Source of the DNA: an uncultured Verrucomicrobiae bacterium
Lineage (GTDB): Bacteria; Verrucomicrobiota; Verrucomicrobiia; Chthoniobacterales; JAFAMB01
Reading direction: 5' to 3'
Assembly: GCA_963813025.1 (NCBI GenBank)
Contig: CAWEXO010000013.1
Location: forward strand, 288,001-352,000
Length of the DNA stretch: 64,000 bases
Shown: one piece after another, positions 1 through 9,894 of the stretch
Layout of the letters: each line of letters starts with the position of its first letter
Position numbering within the stretch: the first letter of the stretch is position 1
Notes under the pieces: model-generated
The model's database searches: none
Seen by the model: the letters and a program-made list of their open reading frames with translations, nothing else
What the model was told of the DNA's origin: nothing
Made by a program: the position numbers and the translations under genes

Positions 1-338
1 TGCATAAGTCCGGCTACCGCTTTGGCTAGATCGAGCACACTGCCGCCTCCAAAGCCGATAACAAGTTTAGCCTCAAAGCTACGGGCTCCAGCCACCTCTC
101 GGTCGACCTGTTCAATCGCGGGTTCGCCTGCCACTGCTATGTCGCGCCAGGCGATACCTTCTCGGTCCAACTGTTCGAGCAGTGGTTGAGCGCGCGACAA
201 GCTGCGGCCGCGCACTACAAGAGCGCGCTGCCCGAATTCTTTCGCGAGTTTCCCGATTTGACGAAAGACTCCACAGCCAAAGTGGATGCGCCGATCAGTA
301 ACAAACTCGAATGTGCCGGAACCCTTCTCCTGTTTCAC
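1..338 (-). CDS. Iron-containing alcohol dehydrogenase, N-terminal part (runs off the window start)
   Basis: Not in the ORF track. Manual translation from GTG at 338 gives ...FEFVTDRRIHFGCG...VAGEP...LVIGFGGGSVLDLAKAVA, which contains the GGGS-x-x-D-x-A-K motif of Fe-ADHs. Confidence 0.85.
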   Translation of the reverse strand, partial: MKQEKGSGTFEFVTDRRIHFGCGVFRQIGKLAKEFGQRALVVRGRSLSRAQPLLEQLDREGIAWRDIAVAGEPAIEQVDREVAGARSFEAKLVIGFGGGSVLDLAKAVAGLM

Positions 339-442
339 GTGAAGAATTTCGCCCGGCAATGTGACGCGAGCAAGCAGCCGTCATCCGCAATGGACGAGAC
401 CGATGCGCTGCGTTAAGCTGGCTGGCAGATTCCTGAACCATC

Positions 443-1684
443 GTGACCCAGCCGGAAGCAGAAAACGCCAACGTCGATCTGGAGCTTTTCCGATTCCTGC
501 TCGAGAACACCACTGATCAAGTTTATTTCAAGGATACTGAAGGAAGATTTCTCCGGGCAAGTCGTGCGGTCGCCAAGTACATGGATGTGCCTCGGGCGGA
601 AGATCTGATTGGCAAAACGGATTTTGATTTCTGGTCGACAGAGACAGCTCGGGAAGTGTCGGCTGATGAAAAACAGATCATGGCGACCGGCGAACCGCTC
701 GTCGGAAAAATCGAACGCTTGGTTCATCCCGATGGACGCATCACCTGGGATTACACCACGAAGATGCCGCTGCGTGATTCGACGGGCAAAATCATCGGAA
801 TATTTGGAATCAACAAGGATTTCACTGCCATCAAAACCATGGAAGACGCTCTGGCCGAGGAGCGCAATCGCTTGCGGGAATTGACCAACGAACTGGCGGC
901 AAAAAATGCGCAGCTCGAAGCCGATATGCGGATGGCCCGCGACGTGCAGCTTGCTCTTTTGCCGCGCGACTATCCAAAAATCATTGAGTCCGGTGTGTTC
1001 GGACACGCTCGTCTTTCGTTTGCCCATCACTATCATCCTGCCGCCATGGTAGGCGGAGATTTCTTTGATATCTTTCCACTCTCGTCCCAGAAAGTCGGCA
1101 TACTCATTTGCGACGTGATGGGACATGGTCTGCGAGCCGCCTTAATCACCGCCATCATCCGGACGCTTTTAGAGGAGCTTCGTCCGGTAATGCACAACGC
1201 GGGAAGGCTCCTGAGTATGCTCAACCTCCATCTTCGCGCGATTCTCGAGAGAGTGGAGGAGCCTTTTGTCGCGACCGCTTGTTATTTGATCGTCGACACC
1301 GGAGCGCACCACGTGCATTTCGCGAGTGCCGGGCATCCCGCGCCGGTTCGCCTGTTTCGTGATCCGCCCCGATCCGAATTGCTTCAGCATGATTCAGGCC
1401 GGCCAGGGCCGGCCCTGGGACTTTTTGACGATATCTCCTATCGGACCACTGAACGGCCGTTTTCGGGCCGAGACGCGATCGTGCTTTTTACCGACGGTCT
1501 TTTTGAAGCGGAATCGCCCAAGGGTGAGCAGTTTGGGACAGCACCGCTCCTGGACTGCTTTCTCCGGCATGCTGCTCTGCCCGTGCAGGATTTATCTCGG
1601 GCGGTTCTGGCTGACGTGCAAAAGTTCTCGGGCAGGTCCGACTTTGAGGACGATGTCTGTATCGTCGCGGTTGAACGGGTCTAG
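443..1684 (+). CDS. PAS domain plus SpoIIE/PP2C (RsbU-like) serine phosphatase
   Basis: N-terminal PAS (VYFKDTEGRF...GKTDFDF), a coiled coil, then VGGDFFD, DVMGHG, SAGHP, FTDGL and DDVC PP2C motifs. Confidence 0.93.
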   Translation: MTQPEAENANVDLELFRFLLENTTDQVYFKDTEGRFLRASRAVAKYMDVPRAEDLIGKTDFDFWSTETAREVSADEKQIMATGEPLVGKIERLVHPDGRITWDYTTKMPLRDSTGKIIGIFGINKDFTAIKTMEDALAEERNRLRELTNELAAKNAQLEADMRMARDVQLALLPRDYPKIIESGVFGHARLSFAHHYHPAAMVGGDFFDIFPLSSQKVGILICDVMGHGLRAALITAIIRTLLEELRPVMHNAGRLLSMLNLHLRAILERVEEPFVATACYLIVDTGAHHVHFASAGHPAPVRLFRDPPRSELLQHDSGRPGPALGLFDDISYRTTERPFSGRDAIVLFTDGLFEAESPKGEQFGTAPLLDCFLRHAALPVQDLSRAVLADVQKFSGRSDFEDDVCIVAVERV

Positions 1685-1693
1685 CGTCGCTAG

Positions 1694-1830
1694 TCCCGGG
1701 GTCCCGAGTCCCGAGTTGCGGGTTAGAAAGTCCAGGAGTCGCAGGAGTTCCCGAGTTGTAGGAGTCACAAAGAGTAACGCTGACAGCATCGAGGGACTAG
1801 GAGCTTCCTTCCCTGAACTCCTAATTTCTT
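1694..1830. repeat. Short degenerate repeats (cccgagt / caggagt units) with partial inverted copies
   Basis: Intergenic gtcccgagtcccgagttg...ccaggagtcgcaggagttcccgagttgtaggagtc...ctgaactccta. Confidence 0.45.
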
Positions 1831-1878
1831 CACCGCGTGAGATCCAACTGCCCAGCTTTCCGCGTACTCTGTGTAGGT

Positions 1879-3000
1879 ATGTTAGCGAGCTTCGTTGACG
1901 GGCGGGGAATAAGGACATTTTGTTACTCCGCGGGGAAAAAGGGCACGCCGATCATTTTTATTCATGGCGCGCTGCTGAATGCCGACTTGTGGATCCGGCA
2001 ACTGCTCGATCTCTCCCGCCATTGGCGTTGTTTTGCTTATGACTTGCGCGGACACGGACGGACCGGGCCATCCGCCTTGTCCCGTTACACAACGCAAACC
2101 TATGCTGACGATCTCTCGGCGCTGCTCGATGCGCTTGAGCTGGAGAAGCCTGTACTTTGCGGACTGTCGCTCGGCGGCATGATCGCGCAGACGTTCGCAG
2201 CCAGTCACCCCGAACGAGTGTCGCGCCTGATTCTCTGCGATACCGGATTATCGACTAGTTATTTTCTTTCCGACCGGCTCTATAATTCCGCTGTTGGCTG
2301 GACGGTGCCATTTCTCATCCCCTCGCTGGGCGTGCCGCGGTTCCGGGAGTTTACGCGTCAAGTGAATCATTTTATCGGCCATCGTCATTGGGTGAGCAGG
2401 ACCACCGAAGGCGAGCGGTTCGCTCACATGGCCATGGAAAAAGTTGATCCGCGGGAGATGGTAAAGATTTTTGGAGCAGTTCTCAGTTTCAACGGCACGA
2501 TGCTGCGGCATCCGGGGATTCCAACGCTTATTCTAAATGGGGAATTCGATTCTCCGCTGATTCTGCGCCAGGCCCCCGTTCTTCGCCGTGTTTGTCGCGG
2601 TGCGGAGTATCGGATCATTCCGGCGGCCAGTCATTTGTCTAACCTGGACAATCCTACTTTCTTTCGCATTGCCGTTGAAAAATTCCTTGATGCCGGGGTT
2701 GACCGACCAGGAGTTCTGCCACACTTGCCGCAGGCTCGGCAGCAGGTCTCCGGCTCCTCCGGAGACCTGCTGCTTTCATTGAGGCTCGCGCGAGAAAATA
2801 AACGTGACGTAGCGCGGACGGCCTCGAGCGTACCACGTAAGACGTACGGCCTCGTGCGTCGGGCTTTGTTCCTGCGCAACAACAAATTGGGCCCGGCCAC
2901 CGGCGTGCCGGTATCATGCGATAGAAAAGGCTCTGTGCCGGTAGGGCGAAAATTTATTCGAGCGCCAAGCGAGAACTTGGTTGAGTCGCGCGCTACTTAG
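1879..3000 (+). CDS. Alpha/beta fold hydrolase; the C-terminal ~100 aa are probably non-conserved read-through into a palindrome
   Basis: IHG, DLRGHG, GLSLGG nucleophile elbow, GEFD and HLSN motifs; likely ATG at 1879 within ORF 1837..3000. Confidence 0.85.
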   Translation: MLASFVDGRGIRTFCYSAGKKGTPIIFIHGALLNADLWIRQLLDLSRHWRCFAYDLRGHGRTGPSALSRYTTQTYADDLSALLDALELEKPVLCGLSLGGMIAQTFAASHPERVSRLILCDTGLSTSYFLSDRLYNSAVGWTVPFLIPSLGVPRFREFTRQVNHFIGHRHWVSRTTEGERFAHMAMEKVDPREMVKIFGAVLSFNGTMLRHPGIPTLILNGEFDSPLILRQAPVLRRVCRGAEYRIIPAASHLSNLDNPTFFRIAVEKFLDAGVDRPGVLPHLPQARQQVSGSSGDLLLSLRLARENKRDVARTASSVPRKTYGLVRRALFLRNNKLGPATGVPVSCDRKGSVPVGRKFIRAPSENLVESRAT

Positions 3001-3071
3001 GCACGCCACTCCCCAGACGGCTCAAACGAGTTCTCGCTTGGCGCTCGAATAAATTTTCGCCCTACCGGCAC
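2935..3071. repeat. REP/REPIN-like inverted repeat with 43-bp perfect arms
   Basis: 2935-2977 gtgccggtagggcgaaaatttattcgagcgccaagcgagaact is the exact reverse complement of 3029-3071; each arm contains GTAG followed by an imperfect palindrome. Confidence 0.85.
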
Positions 3072-3380
3072 CGGGTTAATAACACGTTGCGAGACAATGT
3101 CTGAATAGGAGTTCGGACTTTCCAGACCCGTTCCAAATGGCCGAATAGATGTGTCAATCGCGTCTCTGTTTTCTGGCTCGGACTCCGATTCTCCAGAAAA
3201 CAGCCGTAGTCGTAAGACCAGGTGGTTTCTCAATTCCCGGTATCCACCGATCATGGATCTGCACGGCGCTCACCGGAAATCATGTCCTGTAATGGAACGG
3301 GTACGGACGTGCGTTTGAGTTTTCCGACGGAAGTTTGCTGCTGAGCTGCCGGGCCCCGTTTGTTAGATTCGTTTGATATT

Positions 3381-3785
3381 ATGACACCTATCAATCACAT
3401 CGAAGGAATTGGAAATGTAAATACGGCAAAATTTGAGGCGGTCGGCATTAACACGGTAGAAGAGTTGTTGGAGGCCGGAAAGACGTTGAAGGGCCGCAAC
3501 GAGCTCGCGGCCAAGACAAACCTTTCCGAACACCACATTTTGAGGTTGGTGAACTACGCCGACCTGTTTCGAGTTCCCGGGGTAGCCCGGCAATACGCGG
3601 AATTATTGGAATCGGCCGGCGTTGATTCCGTTTTGGAACTGGCTCAGCGTCGCGCCGACCACCTGCACGAAAAATTAAAAGCAGCCAATGAAGTCCGCAA
3701 ACAGGTGCATGTGGTTCCCGGCGTGACGACGATTCAGCACTGGATTGATGAAGCCAAGAAGCTGCCTCGCGTTGTCAGTTACTGA
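3381..3785 (+). CDS. DUF4332-like helix-hairpin-helix protein
   Basis: IEGIG...ADLFRVPGVARQYAELLESAGVDSVLELAQR...WIDEAKKLPRVVSY pattern; likely ATG at 3381. Confidence 0.85.
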   Translation: MTPINHIEGIGNVNTAKFEAVGINTVEELLEAGKTLKGRNELAAKTNLSEHHILRLVNYADLFRVPGVARQYAELLESAGVDSVLELAQRRADHLHEKLKAANEVRKQVHVVPGVTTIQHWIDEAKKLPRVVSY

Positions 3786-3878
3786 GCTAAACAGCGAGGC
3801 CGCTGGACCACGGAGAACCAGCGCTCAACGTTTTCCTCAACCCACTAAATCATCTTCTCGCTCTGAGGCGCGGCCTCG

Positions 3879-4041
3879 CTAGTGCACCGTCTCGCATATA
3901 AGGGTGCCGTCGCCGCAGGTCAGTTGGCTGTTTTTCAAGGCGCGAGCGAAGCGCCCATATCTGAATTCATACGGGTCGAGCGAGCAACGCCGAAAAACAG
4001 CCAACTGGCCGCGGCCCATTATATGCGAGACGGTACACTAG
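3879..4041. mobile_element. CTAG-flanked MITE (163 bp including both CTAG)
   Basis: Terminal IR ctagtgcaccgtctcgcatataa / ttatatgcgagacggtacactag with one mismatch; inner IR cagttggctgtttttc / gaaaaacagccaactg. Confidence 0.8.
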
Positions 4042-5032
4042 CAGCTAGACGATCCCTTACCTGTGCCGCGATTTCGAACGAGCGGATACGCGCCGCATGA
4101 TCATAAAAATGGCCCGATAGCATCAATTCGTCAGGTTGAGTTTCTTCAATTATTCTCCGAAGCCCACGTTCCACGGTTCCCGGTGAACCGATAACGGAAT
4201 AGGCCAGCACATGGTCGACTTGCGCTCTTTCGGCATCGGACCCATAACTCGCGATGTTGTCGATGGGCTCCGGAACCTGACCCGGCATTCCGCGTCGCAG
4301 ATTGATGAAAGACTGTTGCACCGACGTAAACTGACGTTGTGCCTCCGCATCGGTATCGGCGGCGAACACGTTCACGGCAACCATCGCATAAGGCCTGTCT
4401 AATTGACGAGAGGGCTTGAACCGGGTGCGGTAGACGGCCAGCGCTTCCATCAAGTCAGCGGGGGCGAAGTGAGAGGCGAAGGCAAAGGGCAAGCCGAGAT
4501 GAGCCGCGAGTTGGGCGCCGAAAAGACTTGAGCCAAGCAACCAGAGGGGCACTCGGGTACCCGCACCCGGCACTGCCCTTATCTTCTGTCCGTCTACGGC
4601 AGGCTCGAGATAAGCCTGAAGCTCCTGCACATCATAAGGAAAAGAATCGGCGGCGGCGACCGGATCACGACGAAGCGCTCGGGCGGTCGCCATATCGGTG
4701 CCAGGAGCGCGGCCTAACCCGAGATCAATGCGACCCGGATAAAGCGAGGCAAGGGTGCCGAACTGCTCGGCGACAACGAAGGGCGAATGGTTGGGCAACA
4801 TCACACCGCCAGAACCGACGTGAATCGTTTTGGTTCCGCTTGCCACATAACCGATCACCACCGCAGTCGCCGCGCTGGCAATGCCTGGCATATTATGATG
4901 CTCCGCCAGCCAGTAACGGCGATAACCCCAATCTTCTGCGTGCTGCGCCAGATCCAAAGAATTATGCAAAGCGTCTGCGGCCGTTTTACCCGCCGCTATG
5001 GGAGAAAGATCAAGCACGGAGAAGGGGATCAT
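4019..5032 (-). CDS. LLM-class flavin-dependent oxidoreductase (luciferase-like)
   Basis: [36 protein letters not shown] and FAFASHF motifs; likely ATG at 5032. Confidence 0.93.
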   Translation of the reverse strand: MIPFSVLDLSPIAAGKTAADALHNSLDLAQHAEDWGYRRYWLAEHHNMPGIASAATAVVIGYVASGTKTIHVGSGGVMLPNHSPFVVAEQFGTLASLYPGRIDLGLGRAPGTDMATARALRRDPVAAADSFPYDVQELQAYLEPAVDGQKIRAVPGAGTRVPLWLLGSSLFGAQLAAHLGLPFAFASHFAPADLMEALAVYRTRFKPSRQLDRPYAMVAVNVFAADTDAEAQRQFTSVQQSFINLRRGMPGQVPEPIDNIASYGSDAERAQVDHVLAYSVIGSPGTVERGLRRIIEETQPDELMLSGHFYDHAARIRSFEIAAQVRDRLAASVPSRI

Positions 5033-5220
5033 GACCGGGAAAATTAACATGATTCTTGTTCAACCAAAGCCCGGTAGATTGGCAGCGCGCGAATTCAGAG
5101 CCTGGAAAATCCTTTGAGACGGCCATTGATGATCTTGGCGAAAGCGTTCTGGTCAGGACAGCGGTGGCAGGTCTTCCAGCTTGCCAGTAACCGGCAGGAT
5201 TTCTCGGACTTTGGTCTCTT

Positions 5221-5302
5221 GTCCCAAAGGGACGTCAGGACTACCAGTGGTTTTAACCCCTGGAAAACCGTTCTCCAGTCGTTTCGCCCTGAAGGGGCGA
5301 AA
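5221..5302. repeat. REP-like hairpin cluster
   Basis: Small hairpins gtcccaaagggac, ggttttaacc and tttcgccctgaaggggcgaaa in an intergenic gap; a related decayed stretch lies near 7890-7940. Confidence 0.55.
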
Positions 5303-5342
5303 GATTCCAGTGCCTTCGTCCGGCCCAGAGCGTTGACCAAGA

Positions 5343-5984
5343 CTAATACCCCTGTTGTTCACTTTTGTTGGTCGCCCGCGCGATCATTAGTCCCCAAATC
5401 AGACCAAATCGCGCTCTTGTTGCGGATCGGATGTCCAGCTTTGCCGAGGCCAACAAAAGGTGCAATTCGCGCTGGGTATAACACCGTTGATACCCGGGTT
5501 CGATCAGTTTGAGGACAATGTCGAAGAGCCGGCACCAAAAGAAATCTTTGCACCAATCCAGAATCACCACGGCTCCGTTTTGCTTAACGACGCGTCGCAT
5601 TTCTGCCAGACTCGCCTCTGGCTGGTCGAAGTAGTGCAACGCGCTGGCCGAGACAACCACATCAAAACTGTGATCGGGAAAGGGTAAGTCCGCGGCGCTG
5701 GCAGCGTGGAAGCTGACGTTCGGGTAAGCCTGGCACTTCTGCGCGGCGACTTCCAACATTTTAGCGGAAACATCAATGCCGGCCATTCGTTGTTCAGGAT
5801 GTTCACCCAACACCAACCGCTCGAACTCGCCGGTTCCACAGCCAATATCCAGAATTGCCGCCTGCGGCGATGGGCAAGCCCAAAACTTCAAAAAGGTCAG
5901 TGTTTTGGTCGTGTAGCGACTCCAGCGCCGATCATATTCTCTAGCCAGCCGATCGTAAGTTCGACGAAGCGCTGCATCAGTCAT
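5343..5984 (-). CDS. Class I SAM-dependent methyltransferase
   Basis: ILDIGCGTG motif I, GIDVS, LPFPDHSFDVV. Confidence 0.9.
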   Translation of the reverse strand: MTDAALRRTYDRLAREYDRRWSRYTTKTLTFLKFWACPSPQAAILDIGCGTGEFERLVLGEHPEQRMAGIDVSAKMLEVAAQKCQAYPNVSFHAASAADLPFPDHSFDVVVSASALHYFDQPEASLAEMRRVVKQNGAVVILDWCKDFFWCRLFDIVLKLIEPGYQRCYTQRELHLLLASAKLDIRSATRARFGLIWGLMIARATNKSEQQGY

Positions 5985-6000
5985 CAGCGAATGTAAGTGT

Positions 6001-6732
6001 TCAAGGACGTCGGGCCGCTATTAATAGAAACATTGGTCGTTCGCGTTCCTCGGCGAGTTCCGGCTTGGCTGCGATCTGGTCATCAGTTGGGCCCCATTCC
6101 TCGATATGGGAGATCGTAAACCCGGTGCGAATCAGCAAATTGACGGTAGTTCCAATGGTCCGGTGTTGTTTAACGACACCCTTGGTAAGCCAGTCTGTCG
6201 TGCGCGGTCCTTCGGTAAGGTAATGATCGACCGGCCAGATCTTGCGACCTTCTCTGTCGACCAGCCACGCCGGCCTTGTCGACGCCATATAGATCGGATG
6301 CTCAATGGAAAAAATGAATTGGCTGCCGGGCACGAGAGCACGATGCAGCGAGATCAGGAGTCCAGCCAGGTTTGCGATGTAGTGCAGCACGAGCGAACTG
6401 TAAGCAAGATTGAACATCGCCTCCGGCAGTTCGAGCCGCTCAATGTCGACTCTGGCAAAGGTAATTGCGGGATCCGAGGTCGCCACCTTTGCCCGTTCCA
6501 ACATCTTTTCGGATACGTCCAGCCCAACGACTTGCGCCGCTCCTCGCTCGCTGGCCCAGCGGCAGAACCATCCGAAGCCACATCCGAGATCCAGGACTTT
6601 AAGGCCCTTTAGATCGGGAAGCAGTGCTTGTAGCGACGGCCATTCTGGTCCGCCGTCCAACCCTTCGATTGAGCGGGGTAGCTGGATATAGCCTTCGAAA
6701 AACTCCGGGTTATCGTAGATATTCTGTGTCAT
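6001..6732 (-). CDS. Class I SAM-dependent methyltransferase
   Basis: MTQNIYD..., VLDLGCGFG, GLDVSEKML, SIEHP. Confidence 0.9.
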   Translation of the reverse strand: MTQNIYDNPEFFEGYIQLPRSIEGLDGGPEWPSLQALLPDLKGLKVLDLGCGFGWFCRWASERGAAQVVGLDVSEKMLERAKVATSDPAITFARVDIERLELPEAMFNLAYSSLVLHYIANLAGLLISLHRALVPGSQFIFSIEHPIYMASTRPAWLVDREGRKIWPVDHYLTEGPRTTDWLTKGVVKQHRTIGTTVNLLIRTGFTISHIEEWGPTDDQIAAKPELAEERERPMFLLIAARRP

Positions 6733-7472
6733 TCTGCGTCGTGGAAGATGATGCCGACAGTGTGCCGATGACCTGATCGCAAGCGGCTCACGCCATGACG
6801 AAGTTTAACCCGGTAGGTGCCGCGGGTGCCCCGCACTGGACGGTGGTGCACCGCGAAGATCACGCCATCACCCTGGCTGAGCGCGACGACTTCGCCGCGT
6901 GACTGCATACGAGGCCGCTGTTCCATGAGCATGAATTCGCCGCCAGTGAAGTCTTCGCCAGGCGCGGAAAGCAAAAAGGCGACCTGCAACGGAAAGACCA
7001 GTTCGCCGTACATGTCTTGATGGAGACAGTTGTAATCACCCTCGCCATATTGCAGAAGCAGCGGTGTCGGCCGGGTTTGCCCGGCTGCGTGACAGCGTTC
7101 GAGATACTCATCGTGGCCGGTCGGATAGCTGACGTTGATCTTCATCTCTCGATTCCAGCGGTTCGCAACGGCGGCGAGGTGCGGGTAAAGTGACCGTCGC
7201 AAGATGGAGACAACCTCGGAAAGCGGATACGCGAAATACTTGTATTCACCCCGGCCGAACCCGTGGCGGGCCATCACGACTCGACTCCGAAAAAGCTCAT
7301 CCCGTGGGTAAAGCGCGGCGAGGGCGCGACACTGCTCGGGCAACAGCAATCCTTTGGCGATGGCGCATCCGTAGGTTTCGAGCTCGTTCTCGATCTGCGG
7401 CCAATTGAGTGATTCCACCCGCGCAGCCAAGTCCGCGGCGCTGAGTTCTTCGGTCGGTGTCCTCGGGGTCAT
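6729..7472 (-). CDS. 2OG-Fe(II) oxygenase (DUF2086 / prolyl-4-hydroxylase-like)
   Basis: HGFGRGEYKYF, LHQD (HxD), RHGVS...RHTVGIIFHDA; 4-nt overlap with the downstream gene. Confidence 0.9.
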   Translation of the reverse strand: MTPRTPTEELSAADLAARVESLNWPQIENELETYGCAIAKGLLLPEQCRALAALYPRDELFRSRVVMARHGFGRGEYKYFAYPLSEVVSILRRSLYPHLAAVANRWNREMKINVSYPTGHDEYLERCHAAGQTRPTPLLLQYGEGDYNCLHQDMYGELVFPLQVAFLLSAPGEDFTGGEFMLMEQRPRMQSRGEVVALSQGDGVIFAVHHRPVRGTRGTYRVKLRHGVSRLRSGHRHTVGIIFHDAE

Positions 7473-7972
7473 TTTGCTTCTTCTCTCGCTTGATCAGGTA
7501 AGCCGCGCGTCGGCACGTTCGGGTTGGAGCAGTAACTTCATAGAGATCCTGTTTCCGAGAGAACTTTATCGCGTCTGTTTTTGTGTCGAACTCCGGTTCT
7601 TGCTTTTTCATGCGGGACCATTCTGGCATTCTCGGCAAGCGCACTTCGCTAAGCTTTCCCATCGTCTCCGGAGCCTAGCGCGTATCGCGGCATCCCTCGT
7701 CGCCGGCAACAGAGCAGAAGAGGGCCTCGCACGGAGACCACGATGTGCGCGGAGTAAATGATAAATGCTACGGTTTGTTGCGACGGCGAAGGACCCTCTG
7801 TGCGAGACTCGATCGATATCAATTTGGTGAGTAATTTCGGGATTGGGCTGAGAAGGTAGCTCTGGCCGGACGCAGCGGCGAGTGATTAATAGCCTGGCCC
7901 TGGCAGCCCAGGGCTTTAATCTCAGGCGCTTTCAGCGCTCGAGCCCAAACGCCCAAATGCCGAACGAATCCC

Positions 7973-9031
7973 TCAGAAATCGTACTTGTCTATGTCGTCT
8001 TTGGTGAAGACATGAGGCGGGCCGAGCAACACCTGGCTACCATTGATGATTTTCAACTTACCTAATTTTCCACACTCCACTTCCGTAACGCCGGGCTTGA
8101 GTTTGCCGTCGATAACCGCCCGCATCACATAGGCAGCGGCGTATCCAAGATCAACCGGATTCCACAAAACATCGCTTTTGACCGCCCCGTTCTTAAAAAA
8201 CGGTTTCATCTGGTTCGGAGTCGACTGGCCGACCACCGCGATTTTGCCAATCAACCCGGCCTGAGTAATGGCATCTGCTGCTCCCGGGAAAGCGACGCTG
8301 GAAAGGCCAATAATACCTTTCACATTCGGGTAAGCCTTGATGATCTGGCCTGTAACTTTGAACGCCAGCTGCTGATCTTCCTCAGCGGGAAGAATCGTTA
8401 CCAGGTGAAGCTTCGGGTAGGCGGAGGCGATGTACTTTTTGATTTCGGCAATCCAGGCGTTCTGACCGGCGGCAGTCATTGAGCTGGTCACGATCGCGAA
8501 ATCGGCTTCCGGTCCAATCTCCGCAACGAGGCGGTCAATATCTGCCTTGGCCACTGCATCCGGGGTGCACATCTGTACGAACCACTCGCGAGCATCAGGC
8601 TCCGACTCAGCATCATAACCGATGACGTGAATCCCGGCCTTCAGCGCTTTCCGGAGCACGGGCGAAATAGCAACCGGATCATTTGCGGCAAAGAAGATGC
8701 CATCCACCCCGCGGGAAATGGCGTTATCGATGAACTCGATCTGTTTCTGGATATCGCCTTCAGTCGGAGCATCGGTAGTCACCTGGGTCGGGACGCCGTT
8801 TTTCGTTATTTCCGCGCAGGCGTCAGCGATTCCCTTGGCGGTAGCGTTGAAGTAGCCGATGCCCACCAGCTTGGGGATATCAGCCAAGATGACCTTCTTG
8901 CCCTTGAGATCTTTTGGATTGGTTGGCTGGCCTCCATTGTAAGCAGTATCGGCACCGAAGGCAGTTGTCGCCAGGACTGTAACCACAAAAAATGCCGTTT
9001 TTGTGAGTGGATGAACTTTGAGTGGACTCAT
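7973..9031 (-). CDS. Orphan sugar ABC substrate-binding protein (RhaS/LsrB-like)
   Basis: Signal peptide, IPKLVGIGYFN, NDPVAISPVL, QNAWI, LWNPVDLGY and LGPPHVFTKDDIDKYDF; likely ATG at 9031. Confidence 0.85.
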   Translation of the reverse strand: MSPLKVHPLTKTAFFVVTVLATTAFGADTAYNGGQPTNPKDLKGKKVILADIPKLVGIGYFNATAKGIADACAEITKNGVPTQVTTDAPTEGDIQKQIEFIDNAISRGVDGIFFAANDPVAISPVLRKALKAGIHVIGYDAESEPDAREWFVQMCTPDAVAKADIDRLVAEIGPEADFAIVTSSMTAAGQNAWIAEIKKYIASAYPKLHLVTILPAEEDQQLAFKVTGQIIKAYPNVKGIIGLSSVAFPGAADAITQAGLIGKIAVVGQSTPNQMKPFFKNGAVKSDVLWNPVDLGYAAAYVMRAVIDGKLKPGVTEVECGKLGKLKIINGSQVLLGPPHVFTKDDIDKYDF

Positions 9032-9390
9032 TTTGTAATGGGGGGGTGGATTTGGTTTGATGAAGCGGCCTCCTGCGAGAACACGCTGTTCTAAAAATTG
9101 ATTTAGCAGAATTGACAGGATCAGTACAGTGCAGATCAAGATGACGGTCGCTTTGCCTCGGATGATCGAGTCGCTGTGAGGCGATTGGATTGGAGTCCAG
9201 GCACGGTTGGGAAAAAGGGGTAGCAGAGGCCTCGATGCCGCTTAGCGTACGATTTAGAGCGGATTCTGGATGACCCGGCTACTTTTCTGTTCCATTGCTC
9301 CCCAACACCCAAGCGTCGCTCGCCAATTCTCCGGCGCATTCCTGCTCGGGTCGTTGGAGCGGGCTTGCGTCCTGAGCACGTGAAGGACCG

Positions 9391-9738
9391 CTAGATCGGA
9401 CGAGCAAATGAAAGCTCATGGCCATCAGGATCCGGCAAATGGAAATAACGTTCGCCCCACGAGGCATCCTGCGGACTGTCCGGATGAAATCCCTTTTCCA
9501 TGAGGTACGCCCAGCAACGGTCAACATCAGAAACGTGAAAAATCAGCCGCCCCCACCGGATACTCGCGTTGCCGTGTTCGAGATTCAGAATCGTATCTCC
9601 GTCTTTTGTGCGTAGCGATGTGAAATCTGAGCCTTCGCTGCCGTAGATGATCTCCAGTCCCAAGACATCTTTGTAGAAGCGAACGGATGCCCGCATGTTC
9701 GCGACCCGAAGAGTAACCGCAGAAATCTTCTCAACCAT
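9391..9738 (-). CDS. VOC/glyoxalase family protein
   Basis: AVTLRVANM..SVRFY..VLG and WGERYFHLPDPDGHELSF. Confidence 0.9.
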   Translation of the reverse strand: MVEKISAVTLRVANMRASVRFYKDVLGLEIIYGSEGSDFTSLRTKDGDTILNLEHGNASIRWGRLIFHVSDVDRCWAYLMEKGFHPDSPQDASWGERYFHLPDPDGHELSFARPI

Positions 9739-9780
9739 AGATGTGCCTCCAAGGAAATGCCAGTAGGTCCAGCCGCTGGC

Positions 9781-9894
9781 CTGGAATTGCTTAAAGCAGG
9801 CCTAGCCTGGTCGTACGAACATTATCTGCCGCAAGCGAGGCAAAAAGTGCAGGCCGGCTCATTTGCGGGTGTTTTGATAACCACCAGGACTTAA
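9781..9894 (+). pseudogene. Possible thermonuclease (SNase-like) remnant
   Basis: Short frame LELLKAGLAWSYEHY resembles the SNase ELxxxGLAWxY motif; no start codon and no N-terminal domain. Confidence 0.35.

Noticed and set aside
186..416. 76-aa plus-strand ORF
   Set aside because: It is mostly antisense to the Fe-ADH N-terminus on the minus strand, which has clear motifs.
1694..1830. Possible CRISPR-like repeats
   Set aside because: The units are 7-9 bp and degenerate with no unique spacers, and no cas genes were seen in the window.
7480..7620. Possible deleted ada/ogt gene upstream of the 2OG oxygenase
   Set aside because: Only a vague resemblance; no PCHR or other diagnostic motif.
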